Shown here piece by piece: positions 1-13,200 of a stretch of 64,000 nt of DNA. Source of the DNA: Amoebophrya sp. A120 (Eukaryota > Protista > Dinoflagellata); contig CAJINV010000002.1 of assembly GCA_905178155.1 (NCBI GenBank), positions 9,125,412 through 9,189,411 on the forward strand, in the 5' to 3' direction. The notes under the pieces were generated by a model, which saw only the letters and a program-made list of their open reading frames with translations, had not been told where the DNA came from and searched no databases. The number at the start of each line of letters is the position of its first letter. Positions within the stretch are counted from its first letter, which is position 1. Both the position numbers and the translations under genes were made by a program.

Positions 1-1098
1 GCCGGGCGCGCGAGGCGAGCAAGTCTGTCCGTGGACCTAGGAGACATGGACGACGACTGGAAAAAGCCAAAGCCGCAGCTGACCAACACGTCGAGTGACA
101 GTGGCAATTCCCACAGCAACAATACCGCGGCGGGCACAATAGTGCAACCCAGTTCCACCTCCACCTCCCCGACAGCAAACAACAATCGGCGAAACAGCCA
201 GTCCCGCCGTGGGTCGGAGCGGCGGACGTCGCTCGGCCACGAGTTGGAGCTGAACGAGGAGGACTTGGATGAGAGCGCCAAAAACCCAGCAGTGAAGGAG
301 CGACAAGCGAACTCGCTCGGTTTGAACGCGGCGCAGCACCAGTTGCTCCTGCAAAAGGGGTACGCGGTGTTCCGGGACGTGATTCCCATCTCCAAGGAGG
401 AGCAGGAACTGCTCGCCTCCGTGGTCGGCGCCTACCAGTGGTACGTGTTTCTCCGCTACCAGTCCCGCGCGGGGTGCAAGTTTTTCACCTCCTTCCTCTT
501 CCTGTTCGCGCCCCTGCTGGCCACCGCCGTCCCGACGGACGGCGACAAGCTGCCGGGCTTCAAGGGCCTGGACGACTACCGCTACTTCGTCGCCGGGCTC
601 ACCTTTCTGATCGTCGACATCCTGGAGTGGTTGTTCGTCACTTTTTTGTTCCAGTTTCCAAATACAAAAGACATCCACAGCAAGGTGGACTACTACCGGC
701 AGCTACTCTCCAAGGACCGCATGACGCTCTTTTTGCTGTTCACCTTCTCCTGGGTGGCGGGGGTGTTTATGTTCAACGTCTCCTGGAACCCGTTTAACGC
801 GAAGAAGCTGGCGAAGAAGCTCTACGACATCGGGATGGGTAACCAGGCGGTGGTGCCTGTGCAGAGCAGCTACAGCGCCGCGGAGTGGGCCAATTTGAAA
901 CTCTGCACGGGGATGTACGAGGACAGTGTGGGGTCCGTCGACTCCAGCATGTGGCGCGCCGAAAACGAGGCCAATTTCATCATCACCCCGCCCGGCGTGG
1001 TGGACCAGTACTGTGCCGGGGCGTTTCTCTACCCAAGGGAAGACACGCAGAAACTCGGAACCTTCTTCTACGGCTTCGTGTTTGACCACTGCAACTAG
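1..1098 (+). CDS. 3' part of a hypothetical membrane protein (5'-truncated by the window)
   Basis: Frame is open from base 1 to TAG at 1096-1098 with high GC3 codon usage. A Ser/Asn-rich region is followed by about 3 hydrophobic helices (FFTSFLFLFAPLLA, YFVAGLTFLIVDILEWLFVTFLF, TLFLLFTFSWVAGVFMF). Confidence 0.7.
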   Translation, partial: AGRARRASLSVDLGDMDDDWKKPKPQLTNTSSDSGNSHSNNTAAGTIVQPSSTSTSPTANNNRRNSQSRRGSERRTSLGHELELNEEDLDESAKNPAVKERQANSLGLNAAQHQLLLQKGYAVFRDVIPISKEEQELLASVVGAYQWYVFLRYQSRAGCKFFTSFLFLFAPLLATAVPTDGDKLPGFKGLDDYRYFVAGLTFLIVDILEWLFVTFLFQFPNTKDIHSKVDYYRQLLSKDRMTLFLLFTFSWVAGVFMFNVSWNPFNAKKLAKKLYDIGMGNQAVVPVQSSYSAAEWANLKLCTGMYEDSVGSVDSSMWRAENEANFIITPPGVVDQYCAGAFLYPREDTQKLGTFFYGFVFDHCN

Positions 1099-2456
1099 AG
1101 AGACCATTGTGTAAGTGGTGATGTGCGTGATGGAAAGGAAGCGCTGCGCACATCAGTGGTCCGTGTGCTTGTGCAGCGTACATTTTATTCTCCTAGCAGA
1201 TTTCTTTTTTGAAGTTTCAAAACAAATATGTGCTGCAGCTTCGGGTAGCACCAGCAGGTTTAGATCGTTGCCAGTTTTTGAACCTTGTAGGATTGTTGAG
1301 GAAAAAGTAAAAGCCCGGAAAAGTAATGAACGTGTAAAAAATTATCAGAGATTGAGAATGAGATAGTGAAAAATAAAACCTGTTTCATGAAGTGAAGTGA
1401 TTCATAGAGGGCGGGTAAGCCTCCTACCATAGCTGCATGGGGTACGATACGGTTTCTCTTTTTCCGGTTTCAGTTTCTGCAGTGCTTGAAAAATTATTTG
1501 CTTTTACATACTTACGCACAATCTGGCGCGCTATCGCTACTGAAAGGCATCGGAGGAAAACCGATGGAATTATAGCTGGCTCTACAATCTTGATCTTCAG
1601 TCGTGCAAGTGAGGACTTGACAGGTTTCCGAACTTTGATTTATTTTGGGGGCAGCATTAGCAGACTGCCAGGCTTGTCTTTGTCAGTTGTTGAAAAAGTA
1701 TGTTGGAGAGGAAAAAAACAGCAGGCATGGAGGTGAGCGAAGACATGGTTTATCTGAGTAGCACCGGTATCAAATACCACTTCTAGGACCGAATTTTTTT
1801 ACTAAGTAGCACCGAATTTTTTTACTAAGTAAAAAATGACAATCCCAAACCCACAGAGAGAACCATCGGTGTGTTGTAAGTGTTTTTTTCATCAACCAGT
1901 AGGTACGAGTGTGAAATAGATTTTAAGACAGGAGAGCATAGCACCACCGAGTGCTCACTTCTTTTGTGGAAGTTGCATCATTGACTATTCGCAGGGTCCT
2001 TTTTTGGTGTTGGTCATCGTATCGCTCGACGTCAACTGCAATCGGATTATCCCATCGTACTACGTAGTCACGTATCCCCTTTGCTAAGTTTAGTGTACAC
2101 AACCACGACTTCCTAAGAAAACTCTAGCCACCCTGAACAAGAGTGCAGTTTTTTTCCCACCTATCAAGTGTTGCATGTAAAAATCCTGATTCTGATTGTT
2201 TGATTCAACAAGGCAAATAAACGTTGAGTTGCGCCACAGCTGAGCCAGGAGCATCTTACTTGGCATACGAAACGTGTATCCGCAAGAACGACGAACCCTC
2301 AACAGTTTAGCAGTTTTTGTGAACAATCGAAACTAACCAGTAGGAAAGGTTCGAGGAAGCTTTGATTCAAGACCTATCCCAAGAAAGATTGATTGTCGAA
2401 GGAAATAGTACCAGTTTCCAACGAGTATATTGTAAAACTCCACAAGCAGCAGCAAA

Positions 2457-2870
2457 ATGGCTTCCGCGGCAGAAGTAGCGAAGCACAACTCCGAGGGGGA
2501 CTGCTGGGTGATCATCGACGGAGAAGTTTTCGATGTCACCAAGTTTCTGCCGGACCACCCCGGCGGTCCCAAAGCGATCGTCATCTACGCTGGCAAGGAC
2601 GCCACGGAGGAATTCGACATGCTGCACGAGCGAAAGGTACTTAGTGGGAAATAAAATGAAACGGGTTTTATTTCTTGTTGTAAAAATAGATGAAGTCTGC
2701 AAGAAGATGTAGAAGTGAATCCTCCGATACTGCACTCGATATGTGAATGCTCTAAGCTCGATGAATACGTGCTTGCTGGCATAGAATTACTTTTCGAAAA
2801 CGAAACAAAAACAAAAAGGTGATTGAAAAATACGGAATCAAGAAGGGCGTGGTGACAAAAATCGGAAAAT
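2457..2870 (+). CDS. Cytochrome b5-like heme-binding protein (at least 2 exons; 3' end uncertain)
   Basis: EVAKHNSEGDCWVIIDGEVFDVTKFLPDHPGG...AGKDATEEFDMLH is the cytochrome b5 signature with both His ligands. A GT-AG intron at 2637-2818 joins to VIEKYGIKKGVVTKIGK. Confidence 0.85.
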
Positions 2871-4474
2871 TCTATGAAATGCGGAAAATCTTCCGACAGA
2901 AGATGGTTCAGTTTCAAATTTTACACGTTCCGAATGTGAATGCCTTTTCAGCGGGGCCAAGTCTTTGCGTTTTCCCCAACTGTTTTATGGAAATTTAGAA
3001 GTACACAAATTGCGCAATAGAAATAATCGCGGACCGACGGCCTGCTGTTGCAGTAAAAATCGACGCGTGCATATCTATTCGAAAAAAAGAGAAAACAAAA
3101 CCGTTTTCCGGCACGAGAGTTTTTCCGTTGCATATCGGGAAGTGAAGTATCACTTTTGGCGATCCTTGAAGAGAAGATGATAGAAGAGCAACAAAACACC
3201 ACCACCAGAAAACGTCAACACAACCCGAGATTCCGCATCGCCGCAGAAAGACCAGTTTTGATGACTATCAAGCGTATGAAAAATAAATTTTCCTTCTTTC
3301 GGACATGTCATCTCATTTGTGTGTTGGAAATTCAACTAGAGACGATGTCGTCTGGTGTAACTATACCAATCTACCACGACTTTTTGAGTAAGTAAGGACA
3401 AAAAAAATATATTTTCCGAAGTTTGCAGATTGATGATTATCCTCGGAACAGTGGTATGAAACGAAAACGTAAGTACAGGAACCAATCGGATGATCACGAT
3501 CAGCAGACTCCTAGTAGCCATATGAAAGATTTGCCGAAGATCCATCTGGGTCAACGTTCCGTCCTCAGCCCTTCGAACCTCTGTTAAAACTTCTTGGAAA
3601 AATTTTTTTTCTGTGAAGGGAAAAAAGCTTTTATCTGTGATTTGAAATAGCGACAATTTTTCCAATACTTACAAAAGTTTGTAGTTTTGATCGAAAAAAG
3701 AAAAGTTACCGGAGTAGGGAAGGAACAGATCAAGTAGTTGCGCCTCGCACAAGAAAACTTCTTGGATGTATTTTGTGAATGGTAGACAAGAAAGAAGGAG
3801 GCAATCACATGATTAAGCAACCTCGATGGGACGAGTCTTGACATAGGCTGAACACATGGAGAAAAAATGGACACTGAAGCGCCTTAGAATAGTAGCTAGG
3901 GCAAGTATCAAGAAAGAATGTGTTACCTCATGCAAAGTAGCTCACTGCATCATGTAGTATTGCCGTTGTCGACCTCGATGCGTTGCACACGTCAAAACTG
4001 TATTGCGAAAGTCATCTGATCCTGCGCATGCACCAACAATTGCGGCATTTTGCGAGATCCCTGCGTGCGTTTCGATCTCTTTTTTGCGGCGTCGTGCGTA
4101 AAAGCGTCATTTTTTCTTTTGCGATTTGATTTTTTTTTTGCTAAAGAAGCTGCGATGGCGAATTCATTTCGACGATCTCGCTGCGTTTGGCTGGAATATG
4201 CATGATTTTCCTGCGACCGCGTTTTAACAAACAAGATCTCGCTTTCGACAATTATCTCACGAAGTTTTTAATAGGCACGCCTCATCTACTGATAAGGCAT
4301 TTTGATGCACACAACTGATTTTGGATTCGAAAAAATTAAGATACCTTCTTAGATTCGTGTAACTAAGTCGTTACGACGAGTATTTTTGACTGCGAAGCAA
4401 TTAATCTAAACTTTTACAAAAACTATTCCGTCGCTGTACACAAACGCGGAAAGAAAGAATCGCATTGAAACAAA

Positions 4475-7400
4475 ATGACGAAAAGCGGCTTGCTGCTCCT
4501 TTCCGCTGTGTGCGGATTCCTTTCGACCACCTATGCCGCCCTGATTGACTCCCCGCCGGGGGGTGTGGAGGAGCTTTCGCAAGTGCTTCTGAAGCAGCTG
4601 CATCGCGACGTTGATTTGCGGCTGTTCCATTGCACTAGCGGACCGAATTACAGGTACTCTTTTTGGCGTTTTTTTCTTCCTATCTTTTTCATAATGGGCA
4701 ACTCATCTCCTACTCTTAGTCGACAACGCTTAGGTAGAGGTACGCACATACTCACACTTTATGATTTACGATTACGGTGGTCGTGTAGAGTAGTAGCTTT
4801 GTATCAATACCACTGTCAAAGTAAATCCATCGTGGTTAGAGCGGCATTTTTTCCTGCCCCCAAAAGAAATTTAAACTCGCAGATGCCCGGGCAATATGCC
4901 TGCCCGCGAGAATCTGGTCGACCGCTTGGCCGAAGTCTTGTGGAAAGAAGAGAAGGTATCGAAGCCACTGCAGCGCTTGCTGCAGTCCGCCACTGCAGAG
5001 GACATCAGCACTACCCCCGCGGTCAGGGGAAGGGGCCATGGGAAGAAATACGGTATCTACTTTGGTAAGTTTTCACGAACGAGAGCTTGTTTAACTCTGA
5101 ACACGGCGAAGAATAAATGTTGAACGTACCAGGACGGTTGTGTTGATGGCTTTTCATCTGCACGCCACAGCAATTGATCTTCAGCATTCTGCGTAAGTAG
5201 TTCAATGAAAATAAAACAGCGAACACCAAGATTTTTCTCGATCTGGTGAAGCGCAGTGCGGCGAATCCGGTGACGAGTGGGCAGTTTGACTCCGACCAGC
5301 CGCTCACGTTCAAGGAGAGCGTCCAGCTCAGGTCTTTCTTCGATCGGACTCTGTCCTGGGAAAAACAAAAGATCCGTGGCTGGAACAGCCTGGTCGTGGG
5401 GAGGTCCACCTCTGTTGGCAGCTCGAGTTTCGGGTCGCTTCTCCACACATCTAAGCACGCGCAGATGTCGCCGAAGGTCACGTTCACCACGAAACTGTTC
5501 CTCTTCTTTCTCCGGTTCGGGCTTCTGCGCGGGTTGTCGTTCGATTGCGACGGAACCCTGATTCACAGCATGGAGTGGTACTGGTACACGTGGGACTTAG
5601 GTTTGAAAGACTCGCTAAACCTGCCACTGAATGGTGCAGCGGCCACAGTTGGTGTGGATCTGCCGGAAGAGCACCGGTTCACCTACGATTCGTTCATGCG
5701 CGTCTACGGGGGGCAGAGCCCGCAGCGAATCTTGCAGACGCTGGTGGATCTGGGAAAGCCGGAGGAGCAAGAGGCAGAGCTGCGGGAGCTGAATCCGAGA
5801 GAGTATGAGAACCTGATCAAGGCGAAGAACGAAAAGATCGGGAAAGGCAATTACAAGGACATTTTGAACCGCCACTTATGGAAAGGCAGAAAACGTAGAA
5901 TTTTGAGTCAATTCACAATTGCATCTGTCGTTACTACAACGAATGCGTTAAATAACCGGCGCAGACTTGTATGCATAATAATTTTCCTAAAAACGGCAAG
6001 AGGAATCTTTATCTTTTCTATTGAGTCGAGATCAGAGATTTATATAAGCAATGCGACTCGCATTGAGTCGCAAACCGGTCGCGGTTTGTCGCATTGCTCG
6101 CATTGCCCGCATTGCTCGCAAATCGCGGGGGTCTGCCAGCAGTTAGGTGCCCAGCGATTCCGCGCCCGCCTTACTGCCTTGTTTCGCGAATTTCCCGGCG
6201 GGGGCCTGGCCTGCAGGTGCAAGATTTTTGCTCTTGGGTTCGGACTGTAGCTTGTGGAGGTCTCCCCGCTCTCTTAATTGGGGGCGCAGTGCTTAGGTTT
6301 TAGATTGTTTCTCAAGCGAACCAACAAAAACAACCCGCTACACGACTGAAGGCGGTCGTCGCGGGGCCCGCGTTAGATGTAGCTAGGTTGGTCCGGAAAC
6401 GAGAAGAACACGCAACCACGCTACCGCTGGGGGTAGGAACATTACATAAACACGGCGCCGAACTGAGGCCCAAAAGTGGGCACCCGCAGGCGAAGTCGCG
6501 AGGAGTACTCGCAAGACTTGCGACAGTTCCGCGCGCTCGCAACTCGCAAAGCGTCGCACCCCTGTCGCATTGCTCGCATTGCTCGCAAATCGCGGCCGTC
6601 AGATCCTTATATAATTGCCTGCGAGATTGATGTTTTCTTTCCATATCCACCTGTCCCGATGACTGAGCTCGGGGAAATTCTGTACGGCTCCTCGGCTTTT
6701 AACAAGGACGGTCAGGCCGCGGGTCCGGTCGCAAAGAAGCCGCGAACCAGCGCAACCTTGTCGGGGGCGAGCAGCAGCAGCACAGGTTTTTCCCCCGTGA
6801 GCTTTGATGACCTTTCCTTCGGCACGCGGCCGCAGGAGATTAAGGGGGTGACCGAGATCGCCAGGTGGTTGGACACCCAGTACAACAGGTTTGCCGCGAA
6901 ATCCCTCCCGAGCGGCCCGATCCGGCTCGCCGTAGCCAGTTCCGCGGACCGGGTCTCGTTGCAAAAGCACTTGGGGCACATCGGGCTGCTCGAGCATTTA
7001 GATTTGCTGGTCGGCATCAAGGTGGGCGAGAAGCACGTGCTGGAGGCGTTCTGGCCGGGTGAGAGGTTCGCGAAATTGTACCTGGACGGGACAAAGACAG
7101 CAACAGCAAAGCGTTCGTCGACTAGTAAGCAGAAGAGAAACTTCGCGACGAATTTGATCACCAGCAAGTTCCCGAGCGAGTTTGCGAAAAACCTCTTTCC
7201 AAAAGCCGGCTCCATCTGGCAGAAGTCGAAGTTCGTGCGCTCGCAGGCCGGGTGGGAGGTCGAGTTCGAGCGGGACTCGGAGGTGTCGAAGCCGTCGAAG
7301 GAGCTGTTCAGCACCGCGGCGCAACTGATGAATTTGGAGCCCAAGTACTTGATCGGCTTCGAGGACGCGCAGAACGGGATTGAGTCGTTGGAAAAGGCGC

Positions 7401-9662
7401 AGTACCCGCTGATCGTGGATGTGACGAACTTCGTGTCCCACCCGGACATCCGCGGTTTGGTCTTCTTTTTGAACGAGATCAACGGCGGCCTGTTGAACCT
7501 CGTGTACGAAGTGATCCGGCAATACGACGGGTTCCACCAACTATGATAGTGGACAATTTTCATTTGTCCCTCGTACGCCTCGTTTTTTGCAGGGCAGTAG
7601 CAGCACCAGAAACAAGGTGTCGATTTTAGCTCTTGCATGAGAAATTCAGGTACAGACACCATTTGTAGTTTTCAGGTTTATTTAGAAGCGTTTGGCTTTG
7701 GCATGAACATGAAGGTAAGATGAGCAGTACCGGGGAGCAGGCAATTGTCCATTATCATACCGACTTGCCCTAGTTTCCGCCTTTGACGAGCAGACGACGG
7801 ATAAAATTTTGGACACGTTGAGCAAGTTCAAGGGTGAAGATTACTTCGAGAACCGTTACCGAGAGAAGCAGCCGCTGAAATCCTTCTTCCAACGCATTGT
7901 GTACAACGGCGATGTTGTAGTTGCGACTGGCGGGGAGCAGCAGCAGGAAGCCGCTTCACCGACAGAGGATTCGATGAAGGCTATGAATTTCAATTGCCTG
8001 TTCAGTTCCATTCTACTCGATTCCGACGCGGATCTGAAGTCTAGCAGCGCGATTTCCAGTTCCTCGTCCAGCAGCGACCACAGTGTCTTCAGCGCTGCCA
8101 GTGGCGGAACTGCCTCAGCGGGAGCCGGTTCTGCGGGGTCATCGTCGTCCTTTTTGAGCGTCGACGTTGGACAGCGGCAGCAACAAGCTGCACAACGAGA
8201 GCTGACCGAAAAAGCTGCGGCTTCTGCGTACCGGCGGCGCAGCAACAATTGCAAGCTGTACTTTCCGAAGAATGCGCCAAAGTGGAGGATCGGGGCGGAC
8301 AAGGCCATGCTGTTTGTCGACAATGAAGTGGTTGCCGACCAGGGGAAAAAGTTCGGCTTCAAACAGGTCTTCGACGTGCGCAACGACCAAAAGTACTTGC
8401 AACTGCTGAGGAAAAATACGGGAACAATCTCGACGATCAGCTCTAGCAGTCCTGCTATAATCGCAGCTCCCGTGTTGACCACGGGTCTGTCGAACCAAAA
8501 TATGATCACGCAGCTGTTGGAGAACCTGCACCGCGAGCGCGACGGCCAGCGGACCAAGCAGACGAAGAAAACCTTGGCGTTTGTCTTCGACATGGACGGG
8601 ACGCTGATCGACTCCATGCCGGTTTACTACCAGTTTATGGAAAAAGTTCTGGAAAAGTATTTCAGCGAAGATGCTACTCAAAATAAATCCAACTCCGCTG
8701 CTGGTGCTCAAAATGTTGAGCAGGCACAGTTGGCCGCGACTTCCAAAAGCCAAAGTTTCCAGAGTAAGAACAAGTATTACCCGAGTTTACAAGAATTTCT
8801 CACAGAGCTCGCGGGCATGGCGCCGGTGGACATCTGGCAAAAGGTGATCGACAAAAATTGCCAGCGGAAGAGCGAGCTTTGCAAACGTGGCCTGCCCTCG
8901 GCTGCGGAGCTTTTCGAAGAGGAGAAAAAGTCGTCGCCGAACCAGAGCCAGGTCCGAATCCCGCGGATCGACGTGGTTGCGGACTTCGTCCAGCGGCTGA
9001 ACGAGCTGAAAGAGCTGGCGCTGGAGCGGAAGAATGTGGACGTGGAGTTCAAGTTTGCGGTGGCCACGTCCAGTTCGTACGAAAAGGCGGAGAGGTACCT
9101 GAAACAAGCCCACCTGTTCCACCACTTCGACGTCGTGTTCGGGGGTGACGACGCCGAGCTGCAGTACCGCGTGGAAAGGCTGAAGCAGGTGGAACGAGCG
9201 GCCCCGGGCGCGTTCGACATCAACTTCGCGTTGGAGAAGAAGCAAATCCTGTGGCAGCTCGCCGCGGAAAAGCTCGGGGTTTCCACGAAGCAGTGCGTGG
9301 CCTTCGAGGACGCGGTGGTCGGGATGGAGGCGGCTTACCGCGTCGGGTACACCAAGGTGTTCGACGTGCGGAACGAGCGCAACTACCCGCACTACAGCGC
9401 GTTCGTGCCCTTTTTCGAAACCGAATACAAGCAAATGTTCCAGCGGCTGCGGGACGGATTCGTGGCCGAGAAGGAGGCCCTGGAAGGCCGGGAGTCGTTG
9501 AACGTTGTCGAGAAAAAGCAGCAGCTTGCACGCGCGGAGTTTTTCGACTTGAAGGTGGAAACGGTGGGCGAAGACAGTCTGCCGGCTCTCTTTCCTCAAG
9601 CGCTGGAGCGGCAACTGATCTTCGTCGAAGACTACCTGAAGGAGGGGGAGGAACGAAAATAA
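4475..9662 (+). CDS. HAD-superfamily (beta-PGM/CbbY-like) hydrolase with two tandem HAD domains and an N-terminal signal-peptide-like segment; multi-exon (could be two genes split near 7550-7790)
   Basis: Domain 1: FDCDGTLIHS (~5540), VASSA, KPSKELF, GFEDAQNG (6476-7546 ORF). Domain 2: FDMDGTLIDS, VATSS, AFEDAVVG (7809-9662 ORF). GT-AG introns near 4653-4883 and 5065-5219 join frames correctly. N-terminus MTKSGLLLLSAVCGFLSTTYAA is hydrophobic. Confidence 0.75.
6040..6614. repeat. Repeat-rich intronic insert in the HAD gene (possible MITE)
   Basis: Bounded by inverted TTATATAAG (6040) / CTTATATAA (6606-6614). It has two direct copies of GTCGCATTGCTCGCATT..GCTCGCAAATCGCGG (~6088, ~6564) and a TGCGACTC/GAGTCGCA hairpin. 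Confidence 0.4.
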
Positions 9663-10289
9663 GTACATGGAATAGCGTTAGCGTGCTCCTTGAGTGTGCC
9701 TGTGTTATCAGTATGGTAAACTACGGAATTCCTTGCTTCTAATTCTATCAACGATTTTCACTACCACCGTTTCCATTAGTGACACTGTGCGATTTTCGTT
9801 TTGATAGACATTGACATTGATACTTGCACTTTTACTTGCTAATTTCCTTAGCTTCGCTAGCAGGTGGCAAACGAAACCTAATGACTTTTTGGCCAGCTTT
9901 AAGTCGAGCAGTGAGTGTGCAGGAACAAAAAAAGCATAAGATCACCACATCTAATGACTATTTACAAATCTAACGATGGATGTTGCTACAGCAAAGTACT
10001 GGATTCTGGATTTAGAAAATCTAACGACCCCTTGTGCTCACAGTCACACAACTCTGATGAACTTCCGCAACGCAATTTTTGAAGGAGAAAGCAGTCTGGC
10101 CTCTCACCCGTTGATGCCGCAGGAGGAGAACCAAGAATGTGAACTGCTGATGACTTTGGAAGTGGAATAATATTTCCGATCGTGGCGATACTGCGCTTAC
10201 GAGCTTCCATTGTTCCGCACTACGCGTGGTATTACGAGAGGCACAGGGCAGAAGTTGTGCAGCCATTACATGCTTATTCTTAGCGCGGA

Positions 10290-13200
10290 AATTGTACGGC
10301 GCGCGTTGGGGTTCTGGAGAGCCCGGGCGGGAAGGCCTGCCCGAAGCTAGGCCCCGGGAATTCAGCCGGTTCGCCGCGGCCGCGATTCTCGGCGCGGCGG
10401 CGCGGCCCGGCTTTGAGTATATCGGCACGGCGAAGATCATTCCGCGGGCCCATTGCGGCAGCGGCCCCGGTCTTGGAAAGGTCCTGCAGCAAGAAGGCGG
10501 ACGCACTCGCCGAGTGGGGCCACGGGGCCCGCGAATTCGTGTTCTGGGACCCGAACAAAGACAGCGACTTGATGGGCCTGCCCGTGGACCGGGAAAAGGA
10601 GCCGGCCCCGGAGCGCGAGCGAGGGGGGCGGCTCCGGCTCAGCGACTTCGGGCGCGGCCCCTTGCAGGCTGGACGGCTCTGCAGCTTGCCGTGGTCATCG
10701 CCCACCTCAATGAATGGGGCGCAGCCACCGGAGCGGTGGGCCTCGCCCGGGTAGCCAAAAAAACCGGGGCCGCATTGGCCCGCCTTGCTCGGCGGCGGGG
10801 GCGGCAGAGAACATGGCCGTTGGGTGCCCAAAAGCCCGGGCATAAAGCACGTGGATGCTTTCGGGCGTCGCCGAAGGTATTCGCGCGAATTCGCAGGCAT
10901 GCCCGCAGGGAGTCGTGAGGAGTGCCCGCCGTCTTGGGGCGCTGTTAGTTTTTCTTTTCTCGCCGCCTCTTCAAATCTCGCCCGAGCATGATCGGAAAAG
11001 CCGGGGCACCCGCGAAAGCCGCGCCGCCCGGCAACGCCGGGCCTCCCCCGAAAGCCGGGCCCAGCGGGAAAGCCGGACCACCGGCGCCTTGCCCCGGAGG
11101 TTTTTTGAAAGCGAGGGGAGACGCAGACACTAGCGCGCGCGAGTTTTTCCACCGGGGGAGGATCGTCTTCATCGGCCGGGGCGGCGACGCTTCCATCTTA
11201 GCCGAAACCACGCGGCAGGCCAGGCGCTGCAGGCGCTCCCGGGGGACGACGCCCGGCCAACCCCACCGAAGCAAGGAAAGGTCACGCCGGGCATATCTCG
11301 CCCGAGCATGATCGGGGCCGCAAGGAAGAAGGCGGCAAGCCCCGGCCCGGCGGGCCGTTGCGTGCTTCCGTCCGGTTGGCAAAACCGTGCGCGCGCCGTG
11401 CCGCGCCGTGCCCGCCCCGCGCCGGGAGTGCCAGCGCGGGCGCTTCTTCGAGGGGGGAAGGCAAGGGGGGGGGCCGGCGGCCGGCGTATGGGCCAGGGGG
11501 CTGGGCTCCGCTCTTCCCCCGGCCTCCCGGCCAGACATGGTTCGGTTGGCCCCGCTTTGGTGGGCTTACGGACATCGCTCGGTGTCATTAGATGGCGCGA
11601 ACGTGGCCGCGCGCTCGCCGCATCCATCCATCGCTCGGCGAAGCCGATCCGTCGAAGCCAATGGCCGGCGCCCGTGCTTCCACTCACAAGATAGACGGGG
11701 ACTGGCGCTTTTCGCCATCATCGGGCTTTGAGGTGTTAGAACATCGCTCCATTGGGCCGGGCGCGTTGCTGCTTGCGTCGCTGTGGGACAGCGTCACGCT
11801 TGCGCATTCCTTCTTATTCAGCAATTAACAGAGCAATAAGGAGGATGCTTCTGCTCGCCCTCACGCTCGCCTACTCATAGTGGAGGCCATTCGCGTAGTG
11901 TTCGAAAAATTATTATATTTACTAGGGAAAGCAGTCCGGCCCCTGGCCAGTATAGTTAAAGCAAAAAGTTACAGACTGAAGGCTGCAGAATTAGGGCGGC
12001 TAGGCACAAAAAGCCCGCGCGTTGTCGTTCGTTCGAAAAATAATAAGAAACTGCGCGCCAAGATTTTCGTCCAAACGTTAAGTCAAAAAGTGCCGTCGGT
12101 GTCGTGCAACCGCGCTTCGGCGCGCAGCCCCATCCAAACGCTAAGCCAGGGGCCCATCGGTAACGGGCCCCCATCGGGCCGTGGCGCCCTCGCCTGGCCC
12201 GCTACCGATCCCTGCCGCCTGCCCGCCCGACCCGCGGCCGCCGTTCCCCCGCCCCCCATTCCCCTCCCCCGCCAGCTACTGGCCCCTGCCGCCTGCCTGC
12301 CCGGCCCCCCCCCCCGGCGGCCGAGGGGGGGGGAGGGGGGCGCGGCCCCCCCCCATTCCCCGCCCCCGCCAGCTGCCGCTCCCTGCCGCCTGCCTGCTTG
12401 CCCGCGGCGCCCGGCCCCCGGCCGCCGAAGAGGGGGGNNNNNNNNNNNNNNNNNNNNNNNNNNNNNNNNNNNNNNNNNNNNNNNNNNNNNNNNNNNNNNN
12501 NNNNNNNNNNNNNNNNNNNNNNNNNNNNNNNNNNNNNNNNNNNNNNNNNNNNNNNNNNNNNNNNNNNNNNNNNNNNNNNNNNNNNNNNNNNNNNNNNNNN
12601 NNNNNNNNNNNNNNNNNNNNNNNNNNNNNNNNNNNNNNNNNNNNNNNNNNNNNNNNNNNNNNNNNNNNNNNNNNNNNNNNNNNNNNNNNNNNNNNNNNNN
12701 NNNNNNNNNNNNNNNNNNNNNNNNNNNNNNNNNNNNNNNNNNNNNNNNNNNNNNNNNNNNNNNNNNNNNNNNNNNNNNNNNNNNNNNNNNNNNNNNNNNN
12801 NNNNNNNNNNNNNNNNNNNNNNNNNNNNNNNNNNNNNNNNNNNNNNNNNNNNNNNNNNNNNNNNNNNNNNNNNNNNNNNNNNNNNNNNNNNNNNNNNNNN
12901 NNNNNNNNNNNNNNNNNNNNNNNNNNNNNNNNNNNNNNNNNNNNNNNNNNNNNNNNNNNNNNNNNNNNNNNNNNNNNNNNNNNNNNNNNNNNNNNNNNNN
13001 NNNNNNNNNNNNNNNNNNNNNNNNNNNNNNNNNNNNNNNNNNNNNNNNNNNNNNNNNNNNNNNNNNNNNNNNNNNNNNNNNNNNNNNNNNNNNNNNNNNN
13101 NNNNNNNNNNNNNNNNNNNNNNNNNNNNNNNNNNNNNNNNNNNNNNNNNNNNNNNNNNNNNNNNNNNNNNNNNNNNNNNNNNNNNNNNNNNNNNNNNNNN

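Noticed and set aside
10226-11731. Overlapping Arg/Gly/Pro/Ala-rich ORFs, or rDNA
   Set aside because: Stop-poor GC-rich repeat; no protein motif and no conserved rRNA segment recognised.
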